Shown here piece by piece: positions 43,361-56,266 of a stretch of DNA of 64,000 nt. This DNA is from PVC group bacterium (ex Bugula neritina AB1) (GTDB lineage: Bacteria; GCA-001730085), in assembly GCA_001730085.1 (NCBI GenBank), contig MDLB01000107.1, positions 34,432-98,431 of the forward strand, read 5' to 3'. Numbering within the stretch: the stretch's first letter is position 1; each line of letters begins with the position of its first letter. A program made the translations under genes and the position numbers. The notes below the pieces were generated by a model, which was given only the letters and a program-made list of their open reading frames with translations, did not search any database and had not been told where the DNA came from.

Positions 43361-44461
43361 ATGTGGAAGCAACTTTATCAGGACGAAAATGCAAGAGTAG
43401 GGGTTATGTCCTTATCTCATGGGGAAGTTGAAACCCCAGTTTTTATGCCTGTGGGAACGCAGGCTACCGTAAAAGGAATGTCTCCCGACAACTTAAAACA
43501 AATAGGTTTTCAAATAATCTTAGCGAATACTTACCACTTAAATCTTCGACCTGGTATGGAAATCATAGGTGAATCTGGTGGCCTACACTCATTCATGAAC
43601 TGGGATCGAAACATTTTAACAGACAGTGGCGGTTTTCAAGTTTTCAGTTTAGCTGCCTTGCGTAAAATTTCAGAAGACGGTGTTTCTTTTAGATCACATA
43701 TTGATGGGTCTCTACACATGCTAACCCCAGAAAATGTAATTGATAAACAGAAAATCATGGGAGTAGACATAGCTATGACCTTAGATGAATGTCCTCCTTA
43801 TCCCTCTTCAAAATCTTATATACAAAAATCCATGGATTTAACAATAAGGTGGGCAAAAAAAAGTCGACAATATCATCCTGTTGGAAGCGATGGACCTAAA
43901 CTTTTTGGTATTGTACAAGGTGGAATGTTCCACGACTTAAGGCAAGAGTGTGCAAATAAAATGATCCCTTTGGATTTTGACGGCTATGCTTTTGGCGGCT
44001 TAAGTGTTGGAGAAGAAAAAAATAAAATGTACGATATAATGTCTGCGGTACATGAAGTCCTTCCAACCAATAAGCCTCGCTATATCATGGGTATAGGCAC
44101 TCCAGAAGACCTTTTAGAGGCCATCGACTGTGGGGTAGATATGTTTGACTGTGTTTTACCTTCAAGGAATGCTCGTAACGGCACTCTCTATACTTGGGAT
44201 GGCAAAATATCTATTAAAAATCGAAAGTGGCAATTGTTCCAAGACCCTATTGATACAAAGTGTCCTTGTTATGCCTGCCAAAACTTTTCCGCAGCTTACC
44301 TACATCACCTCTTTAAAGCACAGGAAATTCTTTCTCTTCAACTTAACACCTACCATAACTTGTGTTTTTTTTATGAACTGATACAGGCTGCAAAGAAAGA
44401 AATCTATGCCAAAAACTTCAAAACATTCAAAAGCAGTTTATTGAAAAAATGGAATAAATAG
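43361..44461 (+). CDS. tgt: Queuine tRNA-ribosyltransferase
   Basis: Motifs ETPVFMPVGT, DSGGFQV, LDEC, and the zinc site CxCxxC...H (CPCYACQNFSAAYLHH). Confidence 0.95.
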   Translation: MWKQLYQDENARVGVMSLSHGEVETPVFMPVGTQATVKGMSPDNLKQIGFQIILANTYHLNLRPGMEIIGESGGLHSFMNWDRNILTDSGGFQVFSLAALRKISEDGVSFRSHIDGSLHMLTPENVIDKQKIMGVDIAMTLDECPPYPSSKSYIQKSMDLTIRWAKKSRQYHPVGSDGPKLFGIVQGGMFHDLRQECANKMIPLDFDGYAFGGLSVGEEKNKMYDIMSAVHEVLPTNKPRYIMGIGTPEDLLEAIDCGVDMFDCVLPSRNARNGTLYTWDGKISIKNRKWQLFQDPIDTKCPCYACQNFSAAYLHHLFKAQEILSLQLNTYHNLCFFYELIQAAKKEIYAKNFKTFKSSLLKKWNK

Positions 44462-44620
44462 TAATAATAATTATTAAAAAAATTCTCCAATCAGCTCTTA
44501 ACTTTATTTATTTTTTTTTTTTATGCTATATTTAGAACGAGATCTTTTAGAACTCTGCCTTTCTGCGTTAGGGTTTTGAAAGATCTCAATATATCTAATC
44601 TTTTATAAGGAGCGATACTT

Positions 44621-45715
44621 ATGGAATTCAATTTAGAGTCTCTTTTAGAAATAGCACATGCAAAAAACGCATCTGATTTACATATTTCCGCAAACATGCC
44701 ACCTGTTTTACGTATCAATGGAGAAATAGAACCCTTAGAATCCTCTATTCTCACCTCAGAGATGTCAAAGAAATTGATTTATGATCTACTCACAGATGAT
44801 CAGTTAAAAAGTTTTCAAAATTTACAAGAACTTGACTTCTCCTTGCAAGTCAAAAACACTCTAAGAGTTAGATGTAATATTTTTCATAAATTAACAGGTG
44901 TTGCTGCTGCTTTCCGTTTAATTTCCAACAAAATAAGATCATTTAAAGAGTTAAATTTACCTCGAGCCATCGAACATCTAACTCAAACCTTAAGTGGTCT
45001 TATTCTAGTGACAGGGAATACGGGAAGTGGAAAAACAACAACACTTGCCACCATTATTGACATGATTAACACATCTAGAAAAGCTCACATAATAACAGTA
45101 GAAGACCCTATCGAGTTTATTTATAAAAGCTCTTCTTCCATTATCAGTCAAAGAGAATTGCATACTCACACACTATCCTTCCCCAATGCCTTGAGAAGTG
45201 CTTTGAGGGAAGATCCTGATATTATTCTAATTGGAGAAATGAGAGACTTAGAGACTATAAAAATGGCAATAACCGCTGCTGAAACTGGACATTTAGTTCT
45301 AGCTACGATTCACTCAAAAGATTCTGCAACAACTGTCGACCGGATCATAGATGCTTTTCCTGGAGAACAACAGTCTCAAATACGTACTCAACTATCAGAC
45401 AACTTAAAAGCTGTTATTTCTCAACGATTATTACCTCATATCAGTAAATCAACAAGGCTTCCTGCTCTAGAGATAATGTTACAAAATTCAGCTATCCGCT
45501 CAATGATTCGTGAAAAAAAAACCCATCAAATTTTATCAACTATCCAAACTAATCGCCAAGCAGGTATGCAATCTATGGATCAATCAATTATGCAACTTTA
45601 CAACGAAAAGCTCATATCTAAAAATACGGCACTTCACAACCTCACGGATGTTAAGCTTTTATTAGATAAACCTGATCACAATAAAAAAAAAAGTGTATTC
45701 ACAAAATACGTTTAA
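44621..45715 (+). CDS. pilT: PilT-family type IV pilus retraction (twitching motility) ATPase
   Basis: Walker A GNTGSGKTT, Asp box, His box ATIHS, and the PilT signature AIRSMIREKKTHQI. Size of 364 aa fits PilT rather than GspE/PilB. Confidence 0.85.
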   Translation: MEFNLESLLEIAHAKNASDLHISANMPPVLRINGEIEPLESSILTSEMSKKLIYDLLTDDQLKSFQNLQELDFSLQVKNTLRVRCNIFHKLTGVAAAFRLISNKIRSFKELNLPRAIEHLTQTLSGLILVTGNTGSGKTTTLATIIDMINTSRKAHIITVEDPIEFIYKSSSSIISQRELHTHTLSFPNALRSALREDPDIILIGEMRDLETIKMAITAAETGHLVLATIHSKDSATTVDRIIDAFPGEQQSQIRTQLSDNLKAVISQRLLPHISKSTRLPALEIMLQNSAIRSMIREKKTHQILSTIQTNRQAGMQSMDQSIMQLYNEKLISKNTALHNLTDVKLLLDKPDHNKKKSVFTKYV

Positions 45716-45914
45716 AAAATCAGATATTTTGTACAAAGGACTCTTTAAATGTTATACTTAGGATCTTGGGATCGTTTCAAAGGGTATTCATAAACTATCT
45801 TTCAATGAAAATCATATGTACGACTTTGTAAGTATCTCATATGCGATTTTTTCTTAACTTTTTCGTTATTCAAATAAGCCTTTGGAACGATTGTTAGCAA
45901 GTTATTTATTAATA

Positions 45915-48014
45915 ATGAATAACTTTAAAAAATCTATTAACACGTGCAAAGTTCTTACTATAGAAGAAAGGTGTGTCGTAAAAGTGTACTGTGGTCATTG
46001 TGGCGCCTATGGAGACAGCAAAAATGTTTTTTGTATTAATTGTGGTCATCAGTTAAGCTCTGAAGCCACGATACAAAACTCTTTAAAAACTCAGCCATAT
46101 AAAGATCCCTCTCTTTCACAAACATCAGACTCATCTAAAAACTCGATCACGAGAACCATTCCGAGTAAAAACTTAAGAACAGATACATCTCTTCCAAGTA
46201 AAAAATATTTTCAAAATGGATTCATTTTCGCTGACCGCTACAGGATCGAAAACTTGTTAGGAAAGGGTGGAATGGGTGAAGTTTATAAGGTTTACGATTT
46301 AAACCTAGGCGAAGTCCGTGCTTTAAAAGTTTTAAACCCATCCTTTCTAAATAACGCCGACTTACTTCAACGCTTTGAAAACGAAGCACAAATGATCCAC
46401 AGGATGAATCATATTAACCTAGTAAAATTTATAAATTATACCCACTTTGAAAATACACCATATATAGTCATGGAGTATGTCAAAGGTATTTCTTTACGAG
46501 AATGGATGAATAAGCATGGGGTAAATGCCCCTTTGAAAGAAACTATAGATATTATTATAAAGGTTTGTCAAGGATTAAAAGAGGTCCATAAATATATAAC
46601 TCATAAAGATATCAAACCTGAAAATATCATAATATCAGAGAGTGGTTCAGTAAAAATCGTAGACTTTGGTATATCTCAACCTCCAGGCTTTTCCATTCTC
46701 TCTAATGATAACTCTTCTATAGGAACAGTTTACTATGCAGCCCCTGAGCAAACAATCTCTCCTTCGAACATTGATCAGCGTGCAGATATTTTTTCTGTTG
46801 GTGTAATCATTTACGAAATGCTTTACGCGAAAGTTCCAATAGGTAGATTCAAAATTTTACCTTCAAAGAAAAAAAATATAACAAAAAAATTAACAGAAAT
46901 AATACAAAAATCTTTAGAATCTGAAGTGGAAGATCGCTACCAATCAATAAACTCTTTGCTTGTAGATTTAACTGACCAATACAATAAGATATCTAATCCA
47001 AAATTTTCACCGGAACAAAAAAAATCTTCGAACAATACTGAAACTATCCCTAAAAAAAATAACAATTTTTCCACATTTTTATCGATTTTAATCATAATAG
47101 CTATTTTTTTCACTATCTCATATATAGCTTATAAGAAAACTTTTGCCTCATTACTCTCTACTCCTCAACTCTTCGCCCCTTCTCAATTTTTAGATACGGA
47201 GAACCTTTCGGAAAAAAAACACCAGATACATCAAAACCCAATGTTTATTGCTTCTAAAAAACTAAGGATCCCTTTTAGCTTCATTGCTGTTAATCATTTT
47301 CAAAGAGGTGATATCTGGGGGGATGGAGAAGTCGATGAAACCCCTGTCAAAAAAATTCATATGGACTCTTTCTATATGAGCCAATACGAAATAACAAATG
47401 GCCAATACAAAGTTTTTATTAATAGTACAAATTATCCTCCCCCTGTTAATGCGTTAGGAGAGGATAGTGACTATACGATTTGGAATAACAACTATATATC
47501 AGAAGAACTTCTAAACTTTCCTGTCGTGAATATCTCATGGGTAGATGCCAACGCTTTTTGTCGCTGGTTATGTGAATATGAAAATGTCCCACTATCAACT
47601 TATAGATTACCGACCGAAGCAGAGTGGGAGTTTGCGGCTACACCTCTTCGAAAGAATAAATACCCCTGGGGTAATGAGTTTCCGGACTATCAAAAAGCTA
47701 ATTTTGGTAAAAAATGGATGGGAGCTTTAACCTTGAAAAAAGTTGGAAGTTATCCTCCTAATAATAACTTTTTATATGATATGGCTGGTAATGTTTGGGA
47801 GTGGTGCCAAGATACCTATGAAAAAGATTTTTATAATAAAGACATTAAGGAAAACCCCATTTCATACTCACAAACTGATAATCGTGTTCTAAGGGGAGGT
47901 GCTTGGAGTAGTTATGGGCATTTACTAAGAACTTCCAACCGCCACTATAATGATAAAAATAGTCGCTATTATGATAATGGTTTTAGGATCGTGAGAACCA
48001 TCGACAATTCATAG
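45915..48014 (+). CDS. Serine/threonine protein kinase with an N-terminal zinc ribbon, one TM helix and a C-terminal FGE-sulfatase (SUMF1-like) domain. Start uncertain: track start is TTG 45882; candidates are ATG 45915 and a GTG just before YCGHCG.
   Basis: CGHCG...CINCGH zinc ribbon; Hanks kinase motifs GKGGMGEVY, ALK, HKDIKPEN, DFG, APE; a TM segment FLSILIIIAIFFTISYIAY; a C-terminal FGE-like domain ending RGGAWSS... Confidence 0.85.
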   Translation: MNNFKKSINTCKVLTIEERCVVKVYCGHCGAYGDSKNVFCINCGHQLSSEATIQNSLKTQPYKDPSLSQTSDSSKNSITRTIPSKNLRTDTSLPSKKYFQNGFIFADRYRIENLLGKGGMGEVYKVYDLNLGEVRALKVLNPSFLNNADLLQRFENEAQMIHRMNHINLVKFINYTHFENTPYIVMEYVKGISLREWMNKHGVNAPLKETIDIIIKVCQGLKEVHKYITHKDIKPENIIISESGSVKIVDFGISQPPGFSILSNDNSSIGTVYYAAPEQTISPSNIDQRADIFSVGVIIYEMLYAKVPIGRFKILPSKKKNITKKLTEIIQKSLESEVEDRYQSINSLLVDLTDQYNKISNPKFSPEQKKSSNNTETIPKKNNNFSTFLSILIIIAIFFTISYIAYKKTFASLLSTPQLFAPSQFLDTENLSEKKHQIHQNPMFIASKKLRIPFSFIAVNHFQRGDIWGDGEVDETPVKKIHMDSFYMSQYEITNGQYKVFINSTNYPPPVNALGEDSDYTIWNNNYISEELLNFPVVNISWVDANAFCRWLCEYENVPLSTYRLPTEAEWEFAATPLRKNKYPWGNEFPDYQKANFGKKWMGALTLKKVGSYPPNNNFLYDMAGNVWEWCQDTYEKDFYNKDIKENPISYSQTDNRVLRGGAWSSYGHLLRTSNRHYNDKNSRYYDNGFRIVRTIDNS

Positions 48015-48036
48015 CCAATCAATTTAAATTCTTGAT

Positions 48037-48555
48037 CTAAGACTTATAGGTTAAGAACTTAAAGCGATAATCGCCCTCTTTATATTCAACAGATTCTTCA
48101 ATTAAATGGTACTTATTTTTATATTCTGGGAAAAATTTATCACAATCAATATCTCTATAGACTTCCGTGATATAGATTTTTGAACACATAGGATGCCCTA
48201 TAGCTTCTTTGTAAACTTTTTCACCTCCCATGACAAAAATTTCATCAATATCTTCCATTAAGGAAGCAGCTTTTAAGGCATGCTCGAAAGATTCAAAAAT
48301 AAGACAGTCTCCCAAATTTTTATAATTTTTAGAGAGAACAATATTTAGACGTGAAGGTAAAGGTCTAACATTTATAGGCAAGGATTCCCATGTTTTCCTG
48401 CCCATGATCAAAGCATTTCTTTTGCCCTTTTCTTTCACAGCCATTGTGATAGTAAAAAAATGTTTCAAATCTTTCTTGATTTTCCATGGAAGAGTATTAT
48501 CGATCCCTATCCCTAAAAAATTTTCATGAGCAACAATGATATTAAAAGTCTTCAT
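48037..48555 (-). CDS. folA: Dihydrofolate reductase
   Basis: [13 protein letters not shown]...[14 protein letters not shown]. Overlaps thyA. Confidence 0.9.
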   Translation of the reverse strand: MKTFNIIVAHENFLGIGIDNTLPWKIKKDLKHFFTITMAVKEKGKRNALIMGRKTWESLPINVRPLPSRLNIVLSKNYKNLGDCLIFESFEHALKAASLMEDIDEIFVMGGEKVYKEAIGHPMCSKIYITEVYRDIDCDKFFPEYKNKYHLIEESVEYKEGDYRFKFLTYKS

Positions 48556-49367
48556 ACCGCAATAGGAAACTTTATAAAAGGTCCATGCTGATAATCATGA
48601 AGAGTGATGTCTTCATAAAGAAGATCAAAAAAAGGTTTTTTAGATATAGTGACTCTAGGTAAAGGCAATATATCTCTTTTTAACTGCTCTTTAAGCCCTT
48701 CGACATGATTAAGATAAATATGCGCATCTCCTATGGTGTGAGTAAAAATACCTGGAGTCAAAGAACATTCTTGTGCAACCATCATTAAGAGCAAAGAGTA
48801 GCTGGCAATATTAAAAGGAACACCTAACGCAACATCTGCCGATCGTTGATAAAGCTGACAGTCTAAACGTTTATCGTTCACATAGAATTGAAAAAAAGAA
48901 TGACAGGGTGGGAGTTTCATCTGGTCCAAATCTGCAACATTCCAAGCACTAACGATCAATCGACGTGAATCAGGAGTCGTCTTTATCAAATCAATAACTT
49001 GCTTTATTTGATCCACATGTTCTTTTTGATATTTTTTAGCATTCTCATCCCAAACAAATTTTTCCCAAAATCGCCATTGATAACCATAAATAGGCCCTAA
49101 GTCTCCGTTCTCATCTGCCCAAGAGTCCCATATAGACGTATATTCACTTAAACCATCATGAATATTTGTTGCTCCTTTTAAAAACCAAAGGAGTTCTCGA
49201 ACAACCGAAGAGAAAAAAACTTTTTTTGTTGTAAGAAGAGGGAAGCCTTCTCGTAAATCATACTTTGTTTGAGTTCCAAATATAGACAAAGTTCCTGTAT
49301 TGGTTCTGTCGTTTTTTTCTTCTCCCTCTGTCAAAACTTTGTTAACCAAATCTAAGTACTTTTTCAT
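48552..49367 (-). CDS. thyA: Thymidylate synthase (ThyA type)
   Basis: Active-site PCH ([12 protein letters not shown]) and a highly conserved ThyA sequence. Confidence 0.95.
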   Translation of the reverse strand: MKKYLDLVNKVLTEGEEKNDRTNTGTLSIFGTQTKYDLREGFPLLTTKKVFFSSVVRELLWFLKGATNIHDGLSEYTSIWDSWADENGDLGPIYGYQWRFWEKFVWDENAKKYQKEHVDQIKQVIDLIKTTPDSRRLIVSAWNVADLDQMKLPPCHSFFQFYVNDKRLDCQLYQRSADVALGVPFNIASYSLLLMMVAQECSLTPGIFTHTIGDAHIYLNHVEGLKEQLKRDILPLPRVTISKKPFFDLLYEDITLHDYQHGPFIKFPIAV

Positions 49368-49569
49368 AAAAACCCCTCACTTGAGATCAAAGCAAATATT
49401 TACTCACAAGATTACGAGCTTTGAAAAATACCTCATAATCTTGCTTGTCGTTCTTTTTTTTAATTTTGTCATAAAAAAGCCCATCTCTATTACGGACACG
49501 AACTTTTATCGAAATAATAAACTGTTGAAAAGCTTCTTCCAATACAAACTATGTGGTATTTTGACCTAA

Positions 49570-50287
49570 TCTAAAGATTTATATCTTATAATAAAGATTG
49601 TGACAATAATCTCGATACCTTGAAAAAAGGTTAACAGCTAGTGCTTTTTACGGCTAAAAGTAACACTTATAATCTTACTTAAGAAAATTAAAATAAGCTA
49701 TTTTTTTTTTTGACTACCAAAAATCATAAAAAAGATAACCTGTGGATAACATGTGTCTAATTTATGAATACAACTATTTTAAGAAAAAAAATAAATCTTA
49801 TTACCCAAATTCTAACTAGAAAAAAGCAGTAACAGCTGGCTAATTTATAATATTAAAGATTTAGAAAAAAATATATAAAAAAAAGATCCAAAAGAATAGA
49901 TCAATTACATTTATTTTAATTTTATATATTATTATTTAGCATATATATATTTATTTTAAAAGAAATTATAATATTTTTTCTTGATCAAAGAATTTAAAAA
50001 AGAAAACTTATATAAAAAAATCAAACCATATTCATCATTGTGTACATCAAGTTCTCAAGTTATAATACAACATGTGCATAACTTGTGCGTAAGTATTGAT
50101 TTTATAAACAACAAGATCTTTGGACAACATTCTACATCCCCAATAAGGGCATTATGAATGTTTGTACAAAAAGCTTTATACACCTCTGCTCCCCTTTTCT
50201 CACAAGTGATTAGATACTGAGATAAAAAGTAGAAGCTAAATGCTTTCTTTCTGAAGAAGTAAAAAGTATATAGGAAGTTTAGACATA
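49570..50287. promoter_or_regulatory. Candidate oriC left part: DnaA box TGTGGATAA (49741-49749) with an adjacent GATAACC half-site, followed by an extremely AT-rich stretch (about 49880-49990, candidate DNA-unwinding element) upstream of dnaA
   Basis: A perfect reverse-complement TTATCCACA consensus. A 920-bp gene-free AT-rich region immediately upstream of dnaA. Confidence 0.55.
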
Positions 50288-51643
50288 ATGACATTCAATA
50301 ACATAGAAACTTTAAAGGAAGCTCTAAAAGACCTGATTGGAAAAAAATCCTACGAAACTTGGTTTCAAAGTTTGGATATAGAAATGACAGAGCAGGATAG
50401 TTGGACAATATGGACACCTAATCTTTTTTATAAGCAAAGGGTTGAGCAACAGTTTAAAATCCCAATCAAAGAGGTCTCAAAAGCACTCTCCTGTGAGATA
50501 GATATTCATGTTAATCAAAAAAATCATTTATCTAAAAATGTTCCATCTAAAACAGAAGAAGCTTCTGAACAACCTTTTCAAAAAAAAAAAACAACATCTA
50601 CAGATGAGCCTCAAAGTGTCTCTTCTTCGAAGTCACTTTTTAAGTACTCCTTTGATAACTTTATTGTTGGTCCTAATAACCAGTTAGCACATGCAATCGC
50701 CCTTGCCGTTTCCACAAATCCAGGTCAAACATATAATCCTTTTTTTCTATATAGTCCTGTAGGATTAGGGAAAACACATATTATGCAAGCCATCGCAATG
50801 AGTATTCAAAAACATAACCCCGAATATAAAATCAAATACTTATCCACAGAACAGTTCACAAATGAACTGATCGCATCCATCCAAAATAAAACAATTGAAC
50901 AGTTTAGAACGAAATACAGAACTATGGATGTTTTGCTTTTGGATGATATCCAGTTTCTAGAAGGAAAAGAACGAACACAAGAAGAGTTCTTTCACACCTT
51001 TAATCAATTGTATAATGAAAACAAACAAATAATACTTAGTTCTGACCGTTCTCCCACAGATATCCCACGCTTAGAAGATCGCCTTATTTCACGTTTTGAA
51101 TGGGGAATAAAAGCTGATATAGAAGCACCAGACTTTGAAACACGTGTGGCTATTTTGCAAAAAAAATCAGAAAATACACAGGCTCGTATTTCTCCAGATA
51201 TCTTACAGTACATAGCCTCTAACTTCACATCAAATATTCGAGAGCTGGAAGGTGCTTTACTAAAAGTCTTAGCTCTTAGTCAATTCCAATCCACAGAAAT
51301 ATCCCTAGATACTGTTCAGCAACATTTTCAGCCACAAAAGAAAGCTCCAACTGTTCATTTAACACCTGATCGGATCCAAAATATCATATGTGAACACTTT
51401 AATATAAGTATAGAAGACCTTAACTCTTCAAAAAGGAAACGTATGATTGTAATTCCTCGACAAATAGCTATGTACCTCTGTCGAGAGTTAACAGCCTATT
51501 CTTTTCCAGAAATAGGTGCTTTTTTTGGAGGAAAAGACCATACAACTATTATGCATGCGCATGAAAAGTTAAAAAAAAGCTATCAAACGGATCAGGAATT
51601 AAAAATAACTATTGATAAGCTAATAGAAAAAATACGTGGATAA
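50288..51643 (+). CDS. dnaA: Chromosomal replication initiator protein DnaA
   Basis: AAA+ Walker A GPVGLGKTH, a sensor region, and a C-terminal DNA-binding domain (box-binding helix ...IGAFFGGKDHTTIMHA). Confidence 0.97.
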   Translation: MTFNNIETLKEALKDLIGKKSYETWFQSLDIEMTEQDSWTIWTPNLFYKQRVEQQFKIPIKEVSKALSCEIDIHVNQKNHLSKNVPSKTEEASEQPFQKKKTTSTDEPQSVSSSKSLFKYSFDNFIVGPNNQLAHAIALAVSTNPGQTYNPFFLYSPVGLGKTHIMQAIAMSIQKHNPEYKIKYLSTEQFTNELIASIQNKTIEQFRTKYRTMDVLLLDDIQFLEGKERTQEEFFHTFNQLYNENKQIILSSDRSPTDIPRLEDRLISRFEWGIKADIEAPDFETRVAILQKKSENTQARISPDILQYIASNFTSNIRELEGALLKVLALSQFQSTEISLDTVQQHFQPQKKAPTVHLTPDRIQNIICEHFNISIEDLNSSKRKRMIVIPRQIAMYLCRELTAYSFPEIGAFFGGKDHTTIMHAHEKLKKSYQTDQELKITIDKLIEKIRG

Positions 51644-52104
51644 GTTGGTAGATCCTGTGGATAACCTATTGATAAGTGTCATAGATATCCACAGTCAGCT
51701 AAACAATTCCTTGTTGTATTCACAAAAAATATCACTTTTTTCCCAAGGGATCAACAAATAAAACTTTTTGTTCTTCCCGTAATTTAGAGAGTTTTATAGG
51801 TTATCCACAATTTTAATCCACCTATGATAATGATGATGATTTTTATAATCTATAATAAAATAGAAGTATGGCTACAGTGAGACATATCGCTCAATGGATA
51901 ATCAGATATCTTGAGATTCGATATCTAAGAGCTTCTGATAAAGAACTTTTTATCTCTTATCCTAGTTATATTTTTTAGTTTATGAGCTAATTAGTACGGA
52001 ACTTTATCGTAGGCTGATTCAAAATTAGCAAAAAATAGAATAAAGCATAATATTATTAAATATTTTTTAATAAATAAGTCTTTAAGTAAAAAAAACAAAA
52101 AAAT
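51635..52104. promoter_or_regulatory. Candidate oriC right part / dnaA-dnaN intergenic DnaA-box cluster
   Basis: CGTGGATAA (51635-51643, overlapping the dnaA stop), TGTGGATAA (51657-51665), ATATCCACA (51685-51693), TTATCCACA (51801-51809), a weak TTAATCCAC (about 51813-51821), then an AT-rich tract. Confidence 0.6.
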
Positions 52105-52170
52105 ATGTCTGATTTTTTTGTAAAGTCTCGCTATAATAGGATTTACATCCATTTTAGAAAGGTTAATTTT

Positions 52171-53274
52171 ATGTATTTTGAATGTACACCGAAAGATCTT
52201 CTTTTTGCCTTAAATATTGTATCGCATACTGTAAGCGAACATTATACGATCCCTATTTTGTCCTATATGCTCCTAGAAACAGAAGGGAAAGATCACCTTA
52301 TTATTTCTGCAACTGATTTAAAAATAAGTGTAAAAGTTAGAGTTAAAGCTCAGATCCAAATGTCGGGTCAAACAACTTTGCCTGCCAAAATTCTGACACA
52401 AATAACAAAAGAATTACCCAATGAACCGATTTTTTTTAAGCAAAAATCAACTGATTTATTGCAAATAGACTGTGCTTCTAGCTCTTTTAATGTATCAACA
52501 TTACCCAAAGATGAATTTCCTCCGATTGTTTTCTGGGAGGAACACGCTATTTCAGTTTGCCAACAGGATTTAAAAAAAGCTCTGCAACAAACAGTCATAT
52601 CTATTTCTACAGATAATTCAAGACAAACTTCTATGAGTGGTGTCTTTTTTGAGTGCACACATGATAGTATTCTGTTTGTAGCGACGGATGGGAAACGGTT
52701 ATCGCATGTAACGATCCCTGCGAAAACAGGAATTCCAGAAGATTCAAAAAAAACAGGTATTTTGCCTGGAAAAATTTCACAAGAATTATGCAAAAATCTT
52801 GGTAAAGATGATTTTGTGGATATAATTGTGGGTAACAAAGAGATTATTTTTCATATGGGAGAAGTCTCTTATATGTGTCAATTGATCGACGAAAGGTTTC
52901 CTAATTTTTTAGGAGTAATACAGAAGCCTATAAAAAACTCTATAAAATTAAACAGACAAGCTTTTGTAGGAGCATTACGTAGATCATCCGTAATGGTAGA
53001 TGATAAAATTAATCGTATAAAAATTGATATTATTAAAGGCAAAATGGTTATAACTTCTGGAAATGATAACTTTGGAGCCTCGGAAGAGTTCATAGAAATT
53101 GATTATGATGGTGAGTCATTAGCTATTGGTTTTGCACCTGTATATCTCTTAGAGGGTCTTAAAGTTATGACTTCAGAAGAGATTACGTTCGATTTAACGG
53201 AGAGGGAAGAGTCTGCTATTCTTAGAGAAAGTGATGATTTTTTATACCTTGTTATGCCAATGATTCTTACATGA
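52171..53274 (+). CDS. dnaN: DNA polymerase III beta sliding clamp
   Basis: Three-domain beta-clamp similarity. Preferred start is ATG 52171 (MYFECTPKDLL, preceded by AGAAAGG) rather than the track start 52105. Confidence 0.9.
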   Translation: MYFECTPKDLLFALNIVSHTVSEHYTIPILSYMLLETEGKDHLIISATDLKISVKVRVKAQIQMSGQTTLPAKILTQITKELPNEPIFFKQKSTDLLQIDCASSSFNVSTLPKDEFPPIVFWEEHAISVCQQDLKKALQQTVISISTDNSRQTSMSGVFFECTHDSILFVATDGKRLSHVTIPAKTGIPEDSKKTGILPGKISQELCKNLGKDDFVDIIVGNKEIIFHMGEVSYMCQLIDERFPNFLGVIQKPIKNSIKLNRQAFVGALRRSSVMVDDKINRIKIDIIKGKMVITSGNDNFGASEEFIEIDYDGESLAIGFAPVYLLEGLKVMTSEEITFDLTEREESAILRESDDFLYLVMPMILT

Positions 53275-53304
53275 GAATTTTTACAAAAAAGATGAGGTGA
53301 ATTT

Positions 53305-56012
<2,708 letters not shown>

Positions 56013-56266
56013 AATCTGAGAAAATGTTGCCTGTGAGGACAGCAGTATTATAAGGTATCTCAGAAAAATTTTATTAAAAAAATAGAAGTTTTGACTTTAA
56101 AATCTTAAGATATATTTTGGCAGCAGTGGTATGTCGTGAATATCTTTATTTAAAAATGAGACTTATTAACCAAAGAATTTTAGAACTATTCTTTTAAACT
56201 ATAAAAGAGTTCAGCAATAATGAGATGTAGCACAAAACACAATCGAAAAATAAAGATGGGAGTGGT

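Noticed and set aside
50055-50294. 79-aa minus-strand ORF immediately upstream of dnaA
   Set aside because: Lies in the DnaA-box/AT-rich putative oriC region, has no RBS, Cys- and Phe-rich junk translation.
56013-56060. Possible rho-independent terminator after gyrB (tgttgcctgtgaggacagcag)
   Set aside because: Stem is only 4-5 bp with mismatches and is not followed by a T-run. Not reported as a feature.
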